A stretch of 62,763 nt of DNA, the filler included, from Octopus bimaculoides (lineage: Eukaryota), in the NCBI RefSeq assembly GCF_001194135.2. It is 8 parts of 8 records of this genome, joined end to end, with 100 filler letters (N's around TTAATTAATTAA, not from the genome) between each part and the next. Parts side by side here need not be neighbours in the genome. Positions count along the whole stretch, not along the records: positions 1 to 19,634 come from NC_068999.1; 7 more parts are not named here. The stretch is one strand, 5' to 3'. The notes beneath the pieces are model-generated. The model was not told the origin of the DNA. It made no database searches and worked only from the letters and a program-made list of their open reading frames with translations. The translations under genes and the position numbers were made by a program. This document shows positions 1 to 14,535 of the stretch, in pieces (the stretch's first letter is position 1; each line of letters starts with the position of its first letter).

Positions 1-28
1 GTGTGTATACATGTATATATATTCTTTG

Positions 29-78
<50 letters not shown>

Positions 79-738
79 ACCCGGTTGTAATCCAACAACT
101 GCTAGCCATATTCAGTTCTACTCTAGGCACAAGGAGGTCCGAAATTTTGGGGTGGGGACAGTCATACCCAGTAAAATAGGCTATGAGTTTTCATAGAAGA
201 AGAAGAAGAAGAAGAAGAAGAATTTCAGAGATTGTGTTGACATTTTGAAACATGTATCTCATGTTATAAATCCTGGCAGATATAAGCCGAAATATTCCAA
301 AATTTTTGAAATGGATGATAAAATTAAAACAAAATAACTTGTAATTTAATAATGCTATTAAATTGTCATTGAAATAACTGTAGATAAATTTACTACAAGA
401 TGAGGAAATAACAGTAACTACAGGACGAAGGTAAAACGGCGAGAACGATGATGGTGATATTTCAGTCAAGAAGATATTGTTAATGATGATGATGATGATG
501 GTTATACTGACGTATGTGATAATATTGGCGGTAGTGGTGATTGTGAAATACGAACGAAAACCTGTACATTGCTATAAAAGGCAATTATCAATCCTCTGCA
601 TCACTCATCAAAATTTCCTGACAGCCGGATATCTTTGCGAGTCTAAGCATATTTTTAAAATATGCGCAATTAGTAACAATATATAAGCACGGCTTTTAAA
701 AGCTTTTGACAATTTAAGCAATGATCTGTGTATGTATG

Positions 739-799
<61 letters not shown>

Positions 800-1013
800 G
801 TATGTATGTACGTACGTATGTATGTATGTATGTATGTATGTGTGCATGTATCTATGCATCTATCTGTTTATCTATCTATCTCTTTCCCACTCTGTCTGTC
901 TGTTTGTATATATATATATATATGTATGTATCCATAGTTACATACATCAATGCTTATATACATGAGCGAACAAACACACACCTTCTGGCATATATGCACC
1001 CAGGTACATATAC

Positions 1014-1057
<44 letters not shown>

Positions 1058-1574
1058 CTCTCTCTCTCTCTCTCCCTCTCTCGCGCACTCATACACGCTC
1101 AGCAACATTCCCACGCGTAGTCCAAAACGTATAGGAATTTCCTTCAACAATCCTCATATACATGCACACACACGTCAGGATGCATTTGAATTTCTATGCA
1201 TATATAATCGAAACTGACACACATTTAGTTGCGAATTGTGGTGGGGGATCTATATATGCAAATGTGAATGACGGACTTTAATGGTGTAACATTTCAGCTC
1301 TATATTTGTGCGTCTGTGTGTGTGTGTATGTGTGTGTGTGAGCCTGAGTCCTTGTGTGTGTGTGTGTGTGTGTGTTTGTTAGTGTGTACCTGGACCAATT
1401 TAAAAATAAGTGTATATTTGTGCATCAACATACCAGTGCTTGTTCTCCTTTGTTGTAAGTGTTAATGAAATAATGGCGCATTTAATGGCGCAGAAAACAT
1501 ATATTGCATTTTTAGTAAAGATATATATATATAATGTAGATAGATAGATATACACACACGCATACACACACACA

Positions 1575-1654
<80 letters not shown>

Positions 1655-3076
1655 NNNNNNNNNNNNNNNNNNNNNNNNNNNNNNNNNNNNNNNNNNNNNN
1701 NNNNNNNNNNNNNNNNNNNNNNNNNNNNNNNNNNNNNNNNNNNNNNNNNNNNNNNNNNNNNNNNNNNNNNNNNNNNNNNNNNNNNNNNNNNNNNNNNNNN
1801 NNNNNNNNNNNNNNNNNNNNNNNNNNNNNNNNNNNNNNNNNNNNNNNNNNNNNNNNNNNNNNNNNNNNNNNNNNNNNNNNNNNNNNNNNNNNNNNNNNNN
1901 NNNNNNNNNNNNNNNNNNNNNNNNNNTATATATATATATATATTATGTGAATTATGTTACTCCATTACAAAACTTTATTTTTATTAAAACTTTCAGTATA
2001 TACGTGCGTGTCTGTGTGTTTGTCTGTGTCTAAATGTCCCTACCCCTGTCTGTAACCTTGAGTATTGTGCGTGTGTTGCAACAAATCGTTTCGCAGTCAG
2101 CAAGTATATGGTTCTGTCCTTTAGCGGTTATATGAGAAGTTATATGAGAAATAATTTATTGCTATCTGAGATTTTTTATTAGAACTAATATCGACGATAC
2201 AAAGAAAATATTCAAGATATGATTTAGATAGCACGGGTATACTTTCAAACACAGGCATAAAAGAATGCAACTGCTTTGTCAAACTATATCTGGAGGCTGA
2301 AAGATCGAACAGTTGAGAAGCACGTAATAAGTGAAGTGTAATTACAAAACTAGAAATATAAAGTTTACGCTAGCAACTCAGTAGAATCGATGCAGCATAA
2401 TATTTCGTTTTGTTTAGTCTAAGCTCAAAGTTTATAACGATCTATGACTCCAGATTTTCTAATACATCCATCTCATATGTAAATTAAATGTTTTAATGCT
2501 AATCTTCTATTCATTTATAAAACGTGCTAGGAGGGTCTGTAATAGTGATTTGCCTGCGATTTCTAGCTGTTTCAACAACCATGCATGGGTTTATGATTAT
2601 GTTCTTCTACGTTATTGTTAAGCAGTATATCTGGTATGAAGAACAGCTTCTTCAGCTTCGCCAACCGTGCTAGCAAAAATATTTGCGCACAGTTTTATAA
2701 CAATCATCTTTATTCTCATCAATCAATATAATTAATCTTATAAAAGTAATTAATTAAATTTAAAGAAGCAGGGTAATAAACTGAGCTGATTATCAATAAT
2801 GAAATCAGTCATGGATGACGTAGAGAAGCTTGTTCAAGACAGAAAATTGAAGTAGCTGTAGTTTTGCCTTCATTCTCGGTGGCTATTTGCTGTTTCTGTT
2901 GTAAAGATGGACATTAAATGTATGAAGGCGACACACTTCACTACATTTGTAGTTTCTCAGCAATCAATTATGTGTTCTTTCATTTTAATTACTTTTTCAT
3001 TCATTAACAATATTAATAATAAATAACAAAGATGATGATGTTAATGATGATGGAAATAATAATAATAATAATAATG

Positions 3077-3131
<55 letters not shown>

Positions 3132-3225
3132 TAATAATAATAATGTCACTACTCTCTCACTCAAAATAGCAACAATAACAACAACCTCCACCACCACCAC
3201 CACCACCACCACCAACAACAACAAC

Positions 3226-3267
<42 letters not shown>

Positions 3268-3289
3268 TTCTTTAAATTTAGAAATAAAT

Positions 3290-3725
3290 ACATGTAGATT
3301 TGATACAATATAAATGGAAATTAATATGCCCTTGTCGCATTCTGCAAACCACAAGATCACAAATGAAAAAGTATATCGCTTAAATGGCAGCCATGTTCGA
3401 CTTCGCGCGCCTATGTTCTTTCCAAAGCCTAAATTTCAGACTGCTCTGATTTCTCAGTTGATGTTCTCCTTCAGTTGCACCAGGGTCTCTGTTTTGTTTT
3501 TTTACGTAAGTCCTCTCTTCCAGGTATCCCCACAAGAGAAAATACTGCCAGTCAAGTCTGGGGAATGTGAACGCCAGTTGACATTGCCGTTGCGGGAGAT
3601 TATTCTCTCTCCAAAGCGTTATAGTAGCAACTGCCTTGTTTCTCGTGTGGTATGAGCAGTTGGCCCATCATGTTGGAACCATGTGTGTGGTCTACTTTGA
3701 ATAACTGGGCGCAAAACGGTCTCAT
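3290..3725 (-). mobile_element. Tc1/mariner transposase 3' part
   Basis: WFQHDGPTAHT and SPDLT...WGYLEER catalytic-domain motifs on the minus strand. Confidence 0.8.
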
Positions 3726-3729
3726 TCAT

Positions 3730-4062
3730 GGATACCTGAAAGAGAGGGTTTTCTTCAACAAACAGAAGATCCTGGTGCAACATGAAGGAGAACATCAATA
3801 GAGAAATAAGAGAAGTGGTTGTCTGAAACTCTTGAGGGTCTTCTGGCACAAATTTTGGAAAAGAGCACGGGCCTGGGAAGCCGAAAATGGCTGCCATTTA
3901 AACGATGTGATTTTCGATATGTAATGTAATGGTGTTGTAGAGTTTGACTTGTGCATATTAATGTCCATTCTGGTCTATATACTGTATCAAAATTTCCTGC
4001 ATTTATTTGTAAAGTTAAAGAAATTATTAAAAATTGAAACCCTCCAGTTGCTTTCCGGTTAC
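3730..4062 (+). mobile_element. Tc1/mariner 3' end, same family in the opposite orientation
   Basis: GYLKERV...ENGCHLNDVIF-type translation followed by the terminal region; homologous to 8168-8458. Confidence 0.75.
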
Positions 4063-4908
4063 ATGTATATATAAATATGTATGTATATATATATATATAT
4101 ACAGACATATATATATATATATATATATATGTATACATATATATATATNNNNNNNNNNNNNNNNNNNNNNNNNNNNNNNNNNNNNNNNNNNNNNNNNNNN
4201 NNNNNNNNNNNNNNNNNNNNNNNNNNNNNNNNNNNNNNNNNNNNNNNNNNNNNNNNNNNNNNNNNNNNNNNNNNNNNNNNNNNNNNNNNNNNNNNNNNNN
4301 NNNNNNNNNNNNNNNNNNNNNNNNNNNNNNNNNNNNNNNNNNNNNNNNNNNNNNNNNNNNNNNNNNNNNNNNNNNNNNNNNNNNNNNNNNNNNNNNNNNN
4401 NNNNNNNNTTTCAGTTACTCCTTTGCATTTGAGATTTTCTCCATCTCTCTCTCTCTCTCTCACTCTCTCTCTCTCTCTCTCTGTAGATACATACATTATA
4501 TATATAAATATATAAGTAATTTCGAAGAATTAATTAGTGAATGTCAAAGATGTTACTCAATTTCAGAATTTCAGAAGATATACTTTTTTATCTCGTCACA
4601 TCATTTGAAATGCGTAACACGAGTCATATTTATGAAGGGCACTTTATATCATATATACATATTTATATATATATACACACACACACACACAAACACACAC
4701 ACACGCACACACGCACACACACACACACATACACACACATATATATATCGTAGAATAATAAAGAGAAAGATCTTGGTACAATATTATCTATATTTGAAAA
4801 AATGATTCGAGATAGCTTTTTTGAGGGGATAATTTTCATTTCAATCTTAATAATAGTTTACAATGATATGTTTCAAACTTTCAAGTATATACATATACAC
4901 AGAGAGAA

Positions 4909-4939
<31 letters not shown>

Positions 4940-5306
4940 AAGAGACAGAAAATGAGGGGGTGAGAGGTGCATGCATATATTTATAGAGATATAGACATAT
5001 AGATATAAATACATACATGTATACACTTGTGTATATATACAAATGTATATTTTGTATCAAAGAGACATTTTATTTAAAATGGAGACGACTTACACTGGGG
5101 TGGGAAGTAATTATTATACTAAACTCAAAACACATAAAACATCAATAACATAAATCACAAAGAACTTATTCTTATTTTTATTTACAAAATAAATCCTAGT
5201 CTAATTAGTAAAAACCGTAATTAAAGAATTAAAAGAAAACGTACATCAATTTACTGATCAATAATTACTGTGAAACGACAAACAATCGCAGATTAAACCA
5301 TTAAGA

Positions 5307-5414
<108 letters not shown>

Positions 5415-7284
5415 AAAAAGGATAAAAATAACAATAACAATGATAATGATAATAATAATAATAATGATAATAATAATAATAACAATAATAATAATAATGA
5501 TAATGAATAGTTTCTGTCAATATGTACTTAATGCATATACATCAAACTTTGACATTGATCGAGAAGAAAAAGATTATAAAGCAATAAAAGAAAATACGTA
5601 AAGCGAATCATAATTAAAGCAATTACTTATCTAAATGAGATGATTTGTAGAACGTATTGAGACATCGAGTATTGAACTAGAAAGTAAGTCATAAATGAAA
5701 GATTATAGATTTTTACCTCTAATAAAAAATAAATACAAATAAATATGTGATGGAAGACTAATATATAATTGCTGTGAAACTTTGTGTTCAATTTACGAAT
5801 TATAATTATATAGAAAGTAATTGGGTTCACTCGGTGCGTAACAGCTGTTTCACGTGTGGTTGTTTTTGTTGGTTGTGGTGTTTGTGCCGATGGTGGTTGT
5901 GGCGTTTGCGGTGGCGGTGTTACTGCTGCTAATTTTGATATAGTGCATTCGTTGTGGTTTAATTTTAGAGTTAACACTAAACAGTCAAAGCAATGATGGG
6001 ACATCTATTCCATTTGCGAAAGTCTAGACATCGTGTACCAAGGAATATATCGTTAAATGATTCATTCCTGTGTGAAACTTGCAGAGTGAAGTTCTATGGA
6101 GACTTAGCTTCAATTTCCAGCGATCTTGTAGATATACACCTGTCTCGTTATGTATTTTCTTACATTTGATGTTTTCTTATACATTATATTAACATACTTT
6201 AAAACAGCATTTTTGATATTTTGCTTCAAAGAACTGTAAGTTGACGGCCATGCCAGTTGCAAGACTACGAAGATACGGAATATAACAGAAGCGTTCAAAT
6301 GCTCCAAGAACCGACTTTAAGGTGCGGGACGAATATGACGCGCACTTATAAGCTAAACACCTCTTATGATTTTGTCCGAGCGGGTTTCAATCTCAGGCTT
6401 CGGGTTGTCCCACTAGACACTAATTATTATTTATTTGTATTCAAATGTATATATGTGTAGGTATATATGTGTAGGTATTTATGTGTAAGTGTATACACTT
6501 TTATGTGCAAGTTCGTGCATTTACGTGTGTTAGATGCGTGTGTGCAATGGTGTTATATTTTCTTTTCTACGATATTTCCTACTTTTATTTAAAAACATCC
6601 GTGGGCCAAAACAGTTCTAGTTCTTACACAGATAAACTCAACACTTCATAAGCATGTTCCTATGCCTTTTTTTCGTCTTTCACTATCTTTTTATGAACAT
6701 CCGATCGAGTTTATCCGACGCAGGCTCTCTGTAGTTTCTTTGCAATAATCTTTTCTTAATACCTTTTTGATGTTTTCTTCCTCTTTTCCACTGAAAAGAA
6801 TGGTAATACGTAATTAAATCAATTTAATTTAATTATTATTTTAATTATGATTATAATTCATTCAATTTTTCCATGTTTCTTACATATTGGTATTATCATT
6901 CGAAACGACCGTATGGATTAAAACTTTGTAAACACATTTAACATCTTCTCTTCTCCATATTTTAACTGTTAGTTGAGTTTATACAGGATTATATACTATA
7001 AATGCTCATAACACACTTTTTCCGTGTCGTGTTTTCATATTTTAAATACTTGCAATAGCGAGCTACTAATTTGATATGAAGAATCTTTATTAGAAATCTA
7101 ACTTTTTGAACCCCCACAAAAGTTCAAAATGTTCTACTTGAACTGAACCTTTCTCAAACACACACACACACATATTTACGTACATATACGTACATGTATG
7201 CATGCATATATATGTGTGAGTAAATGCGAATATTTGTCTGTGTGTGTGTGAGCGTGTGTGTTTTTATGCACGTGTACCTCTGGA

Positions 7285-7410
7285 CTATGCGTATATCTGT
7301 GTGGGTGTTTTTTCAAAACACTGTCTGGTTTAAAAAGCCACATCAGACGCCATGAAAGGGCTAAGGTGTAGGTGCAGGAGGTGGTCAAACTCTGTTTAAG
7401 GAGTAGACAA
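7285..7410 (+). mobile_element. RTE-type C-terminal zinc-knuckle fragment
   Basis: CVYLCGCFFKTLSGLKSHIRRH*-like translation. Confidence 0.45.
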
Positions 7411-8167
7411 CCACCATATATATATATATATATATAATCACATATGTATGTTTGTGCACAAGCACTGTTAAGCCTTATACTATCTTAATGCACTAATTTC
7501 CATTGAAACATCAATTATCCCCAGAAAATGGAATATTCTACGGATGAAAACAACCACATTTTGCAGAGTAGGATCGTGCTAGGATACAAATGTTTTCAAA
7601 GCAAACATTTCAAACCATACGACACTACTTTCACTTTCACCTTTCGCTTCGGATTCCTGCTTTTTTCTTTTTGTGAATCAATTCATGTCTCGTTGTAATA
7701 TTTAATGTGAAATCTATTATAGTTAGTGTCGTATCGATTTTTCATCGAGTCGTTCGTATATTATTTTGTCTGCTAGTTCTAACAAGTGGAAAAAAATAGA
7801 CAGAATCCGATAATGCAAACTATTCATTTTATTTATTTATTTATTTATGCTGTTTTGTTTCTATGCAAATGTGGAGATTGATGCTTTACGAAGACTTTAT
7901 ATATAAACACATGTTTTCATGCATATACGTACTGATATACATACATATACATATACACACATAACCATGTATGTATGTATGCATGTATATATATATTTAT
8001 TTATTTATATGTGAGCTATATATGAGGTAAGCTACTGTCATCTCTAGCAGACGTGGTGTCCAGTACTGAGGGGAAGCAAAAATAGCCCGATACCAGATTG
8101 GTATGCTGGTCCAGTCGCTATAAGGTGGTAGGGTTTCGTTTCCCTGCTCGCAATATATCGAATACAC

Positions 8168-8458
8168 CCGAAGGAGAACATCAATAGAGAAATCAGAGAA
8201 GCGGGTGTCTGAAACTCTTGAGGGTGTCATGGTGCAAGTTTTGAAAAAGAGCACGGGCGTGCGAAGCCGAAAATGTCTGCCACTTAAGCGATGTCATTTT
8301 TTTAATATGTGATGTAGTGCTGTTGCACAATTTGACTTGTGCTTAATATTAATATCCATTCTGTGCCATATACTGTATCAAAATTTCATGCATTTATTTC
8401 TAAATTTAAAGAAGTTAAAAATTGAATCCCGTCAGTGACTTTTGGAACACCTTCTATA
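8168..8458 (+). mobile_element. Tc1/mariner 3' end
   Basis: Homologous to 3780-4050; ends ggaacaccttc followed by TA. Confidence 0.75.
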
Positions 8459-9522
8459 TATGTATATATGTATATATATATATCTGTGTGTGTGGGGGGG
8501 TTGTATACATATACATATATTTATGTATATCTCTGTGTGTGTTTGTGTGTGTGTGTGTATGTTTGTACATATGTGTGTTTGATACATTTTCGCTACGAAT
8601 ACCATTGTTAAATATGTGTCTCCGTGATGTATCTGCATTGGCTATATGCACGAATTTCTACTTTCAACTAACACCGCTTCTGTTCTGCAACAACAAACTT
8701 CTCTTCAGCAGCATCATTGATTCTTTAAATCACTGTTTTCTTGTATCAGTAACGGCAGGATTTCTTTGACCAAGCACCTGCTAGATGATACAAGCAACTA
8801 ACGAAGCGCACTATGTCACCTTCACCATTTTTCGTTGATTATTGATAGATTGTTGGGTTACTGTCACTGTATCTTATTTCATACCAATCTTAATATTTAC
8901 TTCATTGGCATATTTCATTTGCTATTGAAAATATAAGTTGTATATCTGTTCTTGTATAGACGCCGTTGTCTCTTCTAATTCGTTGTCTAGGTTTGATTTT
9001 GATTAAAATGAAGCAGACTTGATTTTAATATTAGCAACTGGTGTATATCTCACCATCAGCTTTACTCTGTGTGTATACGGTTTAATATTTTCCCTAGATC
9101 ACAGAATGAAAATAGTTGTGTACAGGTGCCCCATGTCATCCAACACTCACCGTAATGGATAACTGGTAAACCTATTTAAATTCACGTGTCATATTTGTCT
9201 ATATCACTCCATATACAGAGTGACATATACTGTAATGTCTATAGCTCCCAGGTTATTTCTTAGGATATCAAAGGGAGTTAATTATACATTCATATTTGTG
9301 ACACGTAATGATGAATCTTTATAAAACTCTCTTTATAAAACTTGCTCCATATGTGTGTGCGTATGTGTGTGCTCGTGTCTGTATACATACCTATATGTGT
9401 ATATATATGTATATATATATATATATATACCCATTGATATATAAATACATGCATACATAAATATATACATATATGTATATATATATTTGTATATACATCT
9501 ATACGTACATTTATGTATATGT

Positions 9523-9629
<107 letters not shown>

Positions 9630-10839
9630 CATACATACATACATACATACACACACACATACAAATATATAGATATATGTATTGATTAATTATTACATTA
9701 ACATTCTACGTAGTAAATTAATATAAAAGCTAGACGAAGAAGTATAATTTCCATTTAAGCCTTAAGCTATATTTAAAGGAAAGTAAACGACATAATGATA
9801 ACATGAATTTTTCATTACTTTAATGGCGAATAATACACAAAACTAAATTCGTATCTAGACACTTACTTATAGAGAAAAGAAGTAACAGAAAAAAATAGAA
9901 TTAGCAAAGGAGGTAAAAAATTTAATTATGAAGCAAGTAAAACAAAAATTCACAGATCTATGTATCAACAATTTTCCCGAATTAATTTGCTTGTCTACAA
10001 ATACGCCCAACAAATGATCACATCTACAATTAAGACAGTAAATAAAGCCATGAAATTACACGAGATATTTTGCAGATGTGTGTCACAGTGAAAAAGTTTG
10101 AGTTGAATTAATGTCAGTGCATAACGTAATACTAGTCTTTTTTTTCGCTTAATCGTAACATGAGATTTATACAGAGATATGCGGATATAACAATACACAG
10201 CGATTGCTAATTAGTATGTGATAATTTAGCTGTGAGTATTTTAAATTTCCTCCAAAACAAGTTGAAAATCTTGCATATCTCAAAGAAATAGAAATACAAG
10301 AGAGAAATTAACTAACGAGGAATATATCGAAGTTATGCATGTCTATTATTATGCAATACTAAACCCAGAAACATCAACCATACAAAAAAGAGAGCTACAA
10401 TATCTGGAGGTGCAAAACCACGCATAGCAGGCTGCACATGGGAAGTAATAAACTAGGAGCTGTAAGACTTGATATTCCTAAAAAACGTCTGAACCACTCG
10501 TAGACTCTGTGTGCGTCTCATACACCCTCCCCCTTCCATATTCTTTCTTCAACTTGGCGTAGGTCTCCGAGCAGTCATCACCATGACAACGTTCTCTCTC
10601 GTGGTCACGCGCTACACACCTGTAAGTGGGGAAGGGAGCCAGAACGTTACAACGTAGGTCATATTCGCAGCAGAGGTCAAGGTCAAACTGTGCCAAGCGA
10701 ATTTCCCCAACGGAATTTAAGCTTCGCTACAATTGTTACTTCAGACGTCGTATATATTTTATCTCAAGTTGTTCCTATCTCTTGTTCTTGAGCTGTTATA
10801 ATAATAATAATAACAATAACAATAATAATAATAATAATC

Positions 10840-10877
<38 letters not shown>

Positions 10878-10886
10878 GATAATAAT

Positions 10887-11213
10887 ATGGAAAAACTTTC
10901 AAAATACAAAGACCTGGAAATAGAGATAACTCGAATGTGGAATCTAAAAACAGAAACAATTCCTATCATAGTAGGTGCCTTAGGTATAATAAAAAAATAT
11001 TCAGACAAATACATAACAAAAACACCAGAACTTACAAATATATATATAACATACAGAAAATTGCACTACTGGGTACTGCACACATTCTACGCAAAAAACT
11101 TTCAATACAGTAAACATAAAAACACCACAGCAAACCACAGCACATACCCAAGGCGCACAGAGCTGCGCTCGGTAGTGAAGTGAAGGCACGTTATAAAAAT
11201 AAAACTAGTAAAC
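10887..11213 (+). mobile_element. 5'-truncated R4/Dong-like (REL endonuclease) non-LTR retrotransposon 3' end
   Basis: EKLSKYKDLEIEITRMWNLKTETIPIIVGALG plus 3'UTR; (AAT)n on both sides. Confidence 0.85.
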
Positions 11214-11267
<54 letters not shown>

Positions 11268-11289
11268 TTGTTGTTGTTGTTCTTATTTT

Positions 11290-11815
11290 GCCTGCAGCTA
11301 TGGTTGCTGCTGATAGAGTTGTGTACAAAAGAAACGAACAAACAAAACGTAAAGAACCATACTGGCGCAGACGATTTTGTGAGAAACAAACAAATTTATG
11401 AAGACATTTAGGACAAGTTGATAGATTGAAAAGAGGAGGGGAATGCAGTACGGAAGCATAAAAATAAGACTGGAACGAACATAGAAAATAAAAGCTAATG
11501 GGTATGATGTGATTTTGGAAGAATTGAAACAATGTTTCCAATATCACATTGCAATGAAGGAAAAAATTAGAAAGAATGACAGTAGAACAAACAATTCAGG
11601 CAGAACAGATTGTTTGAAGCCCCAAAAAAAAAAAAAAAAACTGCTTCCGGAATCTGATTGGCAAATAGACATAACACTGATACCAGATGCAGATGAAAGC
11701 AGGGCATTCTGGGGAGGAATCTGGGCCCAGTCTTTAAAGTATAATGGTGAAGCGTAGAGGCTGCATGAAATAGATTGGTTAAGAAATGTAGAACGCCAAG
11801 ACCACATAAGAGCTG
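11290..11815 (+). mobile_element. R4/Dong-like retrotransposon, pre-RT region fragment
   Basis: KEPYWRRRF and PDADESRAFWGGIW resemble the conserved P..EE...FW..IW block upstream of RT in R4-clade ORFs; many stops. Confidence 0.6.
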
Positions 11816-11892
11816 TGGTGTGCGCCATCATCTGGTAGACATCTGTTTCTTCATCTCTTCCTCCTCTCTCTCTCTCTCTATACTTATCTATC

Positions 11893-11956
<64 letters not shown>

Positions 11957-12197
11957 CACATATATGTATGTATGTATTAATGATAGCGTAAAAGATGTGA
12001 TATATATATATATATATACATATATATGTATATTTAAAATATACATATATCGGTGGAGGTCGTAAACACTGTAAAAAAAAAAAGCGACCATCATGTACTT
12101 ACCGATCGAAGACCCTTGGGATAATTCTTCTGTTTTACTTTGAACAGCACACAACATTATGTCTCGTCCTATATAAAAAAAAAACATACATATGTGT

Positions 12198-12254
<57 letters not shown>

Positions 12255-12930
12255 TGTGTGCGTGCGTGTGTTTAGAAAAACACAGAAACAATCTGTAAAG
12301 TATTAATTTCGATGGAAACAGTAAGGCATTACATGAGAAATGCTATGTCATGCGAAGGAAAGAAAAGAAAATCTTCAGTAATATTATTAATCGATAGATT
12401 TTACATTCGGCAAGACAACAAACATTGTTGGCTGGCCGTATATCGAACTCTTCCCTCCGGATTATGTGTCAAATTACAGATGTCACAGGTTACCGTCATT
12501 GTAGAAACTTTGAAAAAAAAAAAAAAAGTATAAAATGATGGTGCGTTGTCTTCTTTGGCATTAAGCATTTAATATCTATCTATACTCCTTGATTTGCATA
12601 CACATGTATATGTATGTATGTATTTATGTGTGCGTGTATGTGTGTGTCTATCTGTGTATAAATATGTATATGTTTGTATATATATATNNNNNNNNNNNNN
12701 NNNNNNNNNNNNNNNNNNNNNNNNNNNNNNNNNNNNNNNNNNNNNNNNNNNNNNNNNNNNNNNNNNNNNNNNNNNNNNNNNNNNNNNNNNNNNNNNNNNN
12801 NNNNNNNNNNNNNNNNNNNNNNNNNNNNNNNNNNNNNNNNNNNNNNNNNNNNNNNNNNNNNNNNNNNNNNNNNNNNNNNNNNNNNNNNNNNNNNNNNNNN
12901 NNNNNNNNNNNNNNNNNNNNNNNNNNNNNN

Positions 12931-12966
<36 letters not shown>

Positions 12967-12969
12967 CAT

Positions 12970-13310
12970 GAAGGCGCATTGCTCAGTGGTTAGAGCGTCG
13001 AGCTTACGATCGTGAGGTTGTGAGTTCGAATCTCGGACCGGGCTGCGTGTTGTGTTCTTGAGCAAGACACTTTATTTCAAGTTGCTCCAGTTAACCCAGC
13101 TGAAGAAATGAGTTGCGACATCACTGGTGCCAAGCTGTATCGGCCCCTTTGCCTTTCCCTTGGATAACATCAGTGGTGTGGAGAAAGGAGGCTGGTATGC
13201 ATAGGCGACTACTGGCCTTCCACAAACAACCTTGCTCGGACTTGTGCCTCGGAGGGTAACTTTCTAGGTGCGATCCCATGGTCATTCATGACCGAAGGGT
13301 GTCTCCTCAT
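12970..13310 (+). mobile_element. tRNA(Arg)-like SINE
   Basis: A box gctcagtggttagagc and B box gagttcgaatctc; continues into a non-tRNA body (ttgagcaagacacttt) with no tRNA 3' end. Confidence 0.85.
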
Positions 13311-14502
13311 ATATATAAAGATATATACACATACACACATACTTATATATACACACACACACACTCGCCTGCACACATACACACACATATACACACAGAG
13401 GCACGCGTACAGATACACATGCAAACATACAGAGACACACACATGCGTACACACATAAACCAATTCCAAGACACAATCATCAGACTTTCGAACCAATGAT
13501 GGTAATCCGTGACCATTCATACGACTTTCTACATATCACAGATTTGAAGATTCCTTCAAATCATTCAAGAATCTTTTAGAAATTGTATGAAATAAAACGT
13601 TACATTCTGTATCTTGATAGAAGAGGATATGTTCTCGGTCGGCACGAACAAATTCGATATTTTCATTAACGATAACAGTAAAAACAATGACAATAATAAT
13701 AACAACAAGGATTGATCCTTTACGCGGCTGATTGAGTTCCTCGAAATAGTAGCAAAATTGTCCTCATTCTATTTGCAAAATGATTTAAAATATTTGAGGT
13801 AGTTTTAGCTGCTACATTTAGAAAGCCATGTAATGCGAGGGAGGTTTCAACATTCGGTTCTTTTTGTATGTGGATGTTGGAGTGTGTATATATGAGTGTA
13901 TGTATGTGAATGGTTGTGCGTGCGTATGTGGGTGCGAATCGGTTTCCTATAATGTCTTCAATAATGAATACTGTATTGAACAATATCGTCCCTTAATGTT
14001 AAAAAGAATGTGAAATGGTCACGCCTGGACGAATTGAAGACCAACACTGCACCATCAAAACTGACCCGAGGTGAAGCAACGCCATCGACAGCCAACACAT
14101 AAAGTTAACACACACGCACATGTAATTGTAGAATTGATAAACATAAAATCATAATTGAATTAATAGAAGCGAATTGTAAAAGATAATATGCAAATATATA
14201 TATATATATACACACACACTCGCACATATGACTATGTGTGTACGTGTATATATAAATATATATATNNNNNNNNNNNNNNNNNNNNNNNNNNNNNNNNNNN
14301 NNNNNNNNNNNNNNNNNNNNNNNNNNNNNNNNNNNNNNNNNNNNNNNNNNNNNNNNNNNNNNNNNNNNNNNNNNNNNNNNNNNNNNNNNNNNNNNNNNNN
14401 NNNNNNNNNNNNNNNNNNNNNNNNNNNNNNNNNNNNNNNNNNNNNNNNNNNNNNNNNNNNNNNNNNNNNNNNNNNNNNNNNNNNNNNNNNNNNNNNNNNN
14501 NN

Positions 14503-14535
<33 letters not shown>

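Noticed and set aside
5627-6460. Pro/Thr-rich ORF and nearby possible exons
   Set aside because: Degenerate trinucleotide repeat and non-consensus donors.
12970-13040. tRNA-Arg gene; also tRNA-like heads at 35930 and 37916
   Set aside because: They run into SINE bodies and lack a complete acceptor stem or Pol III terminator.
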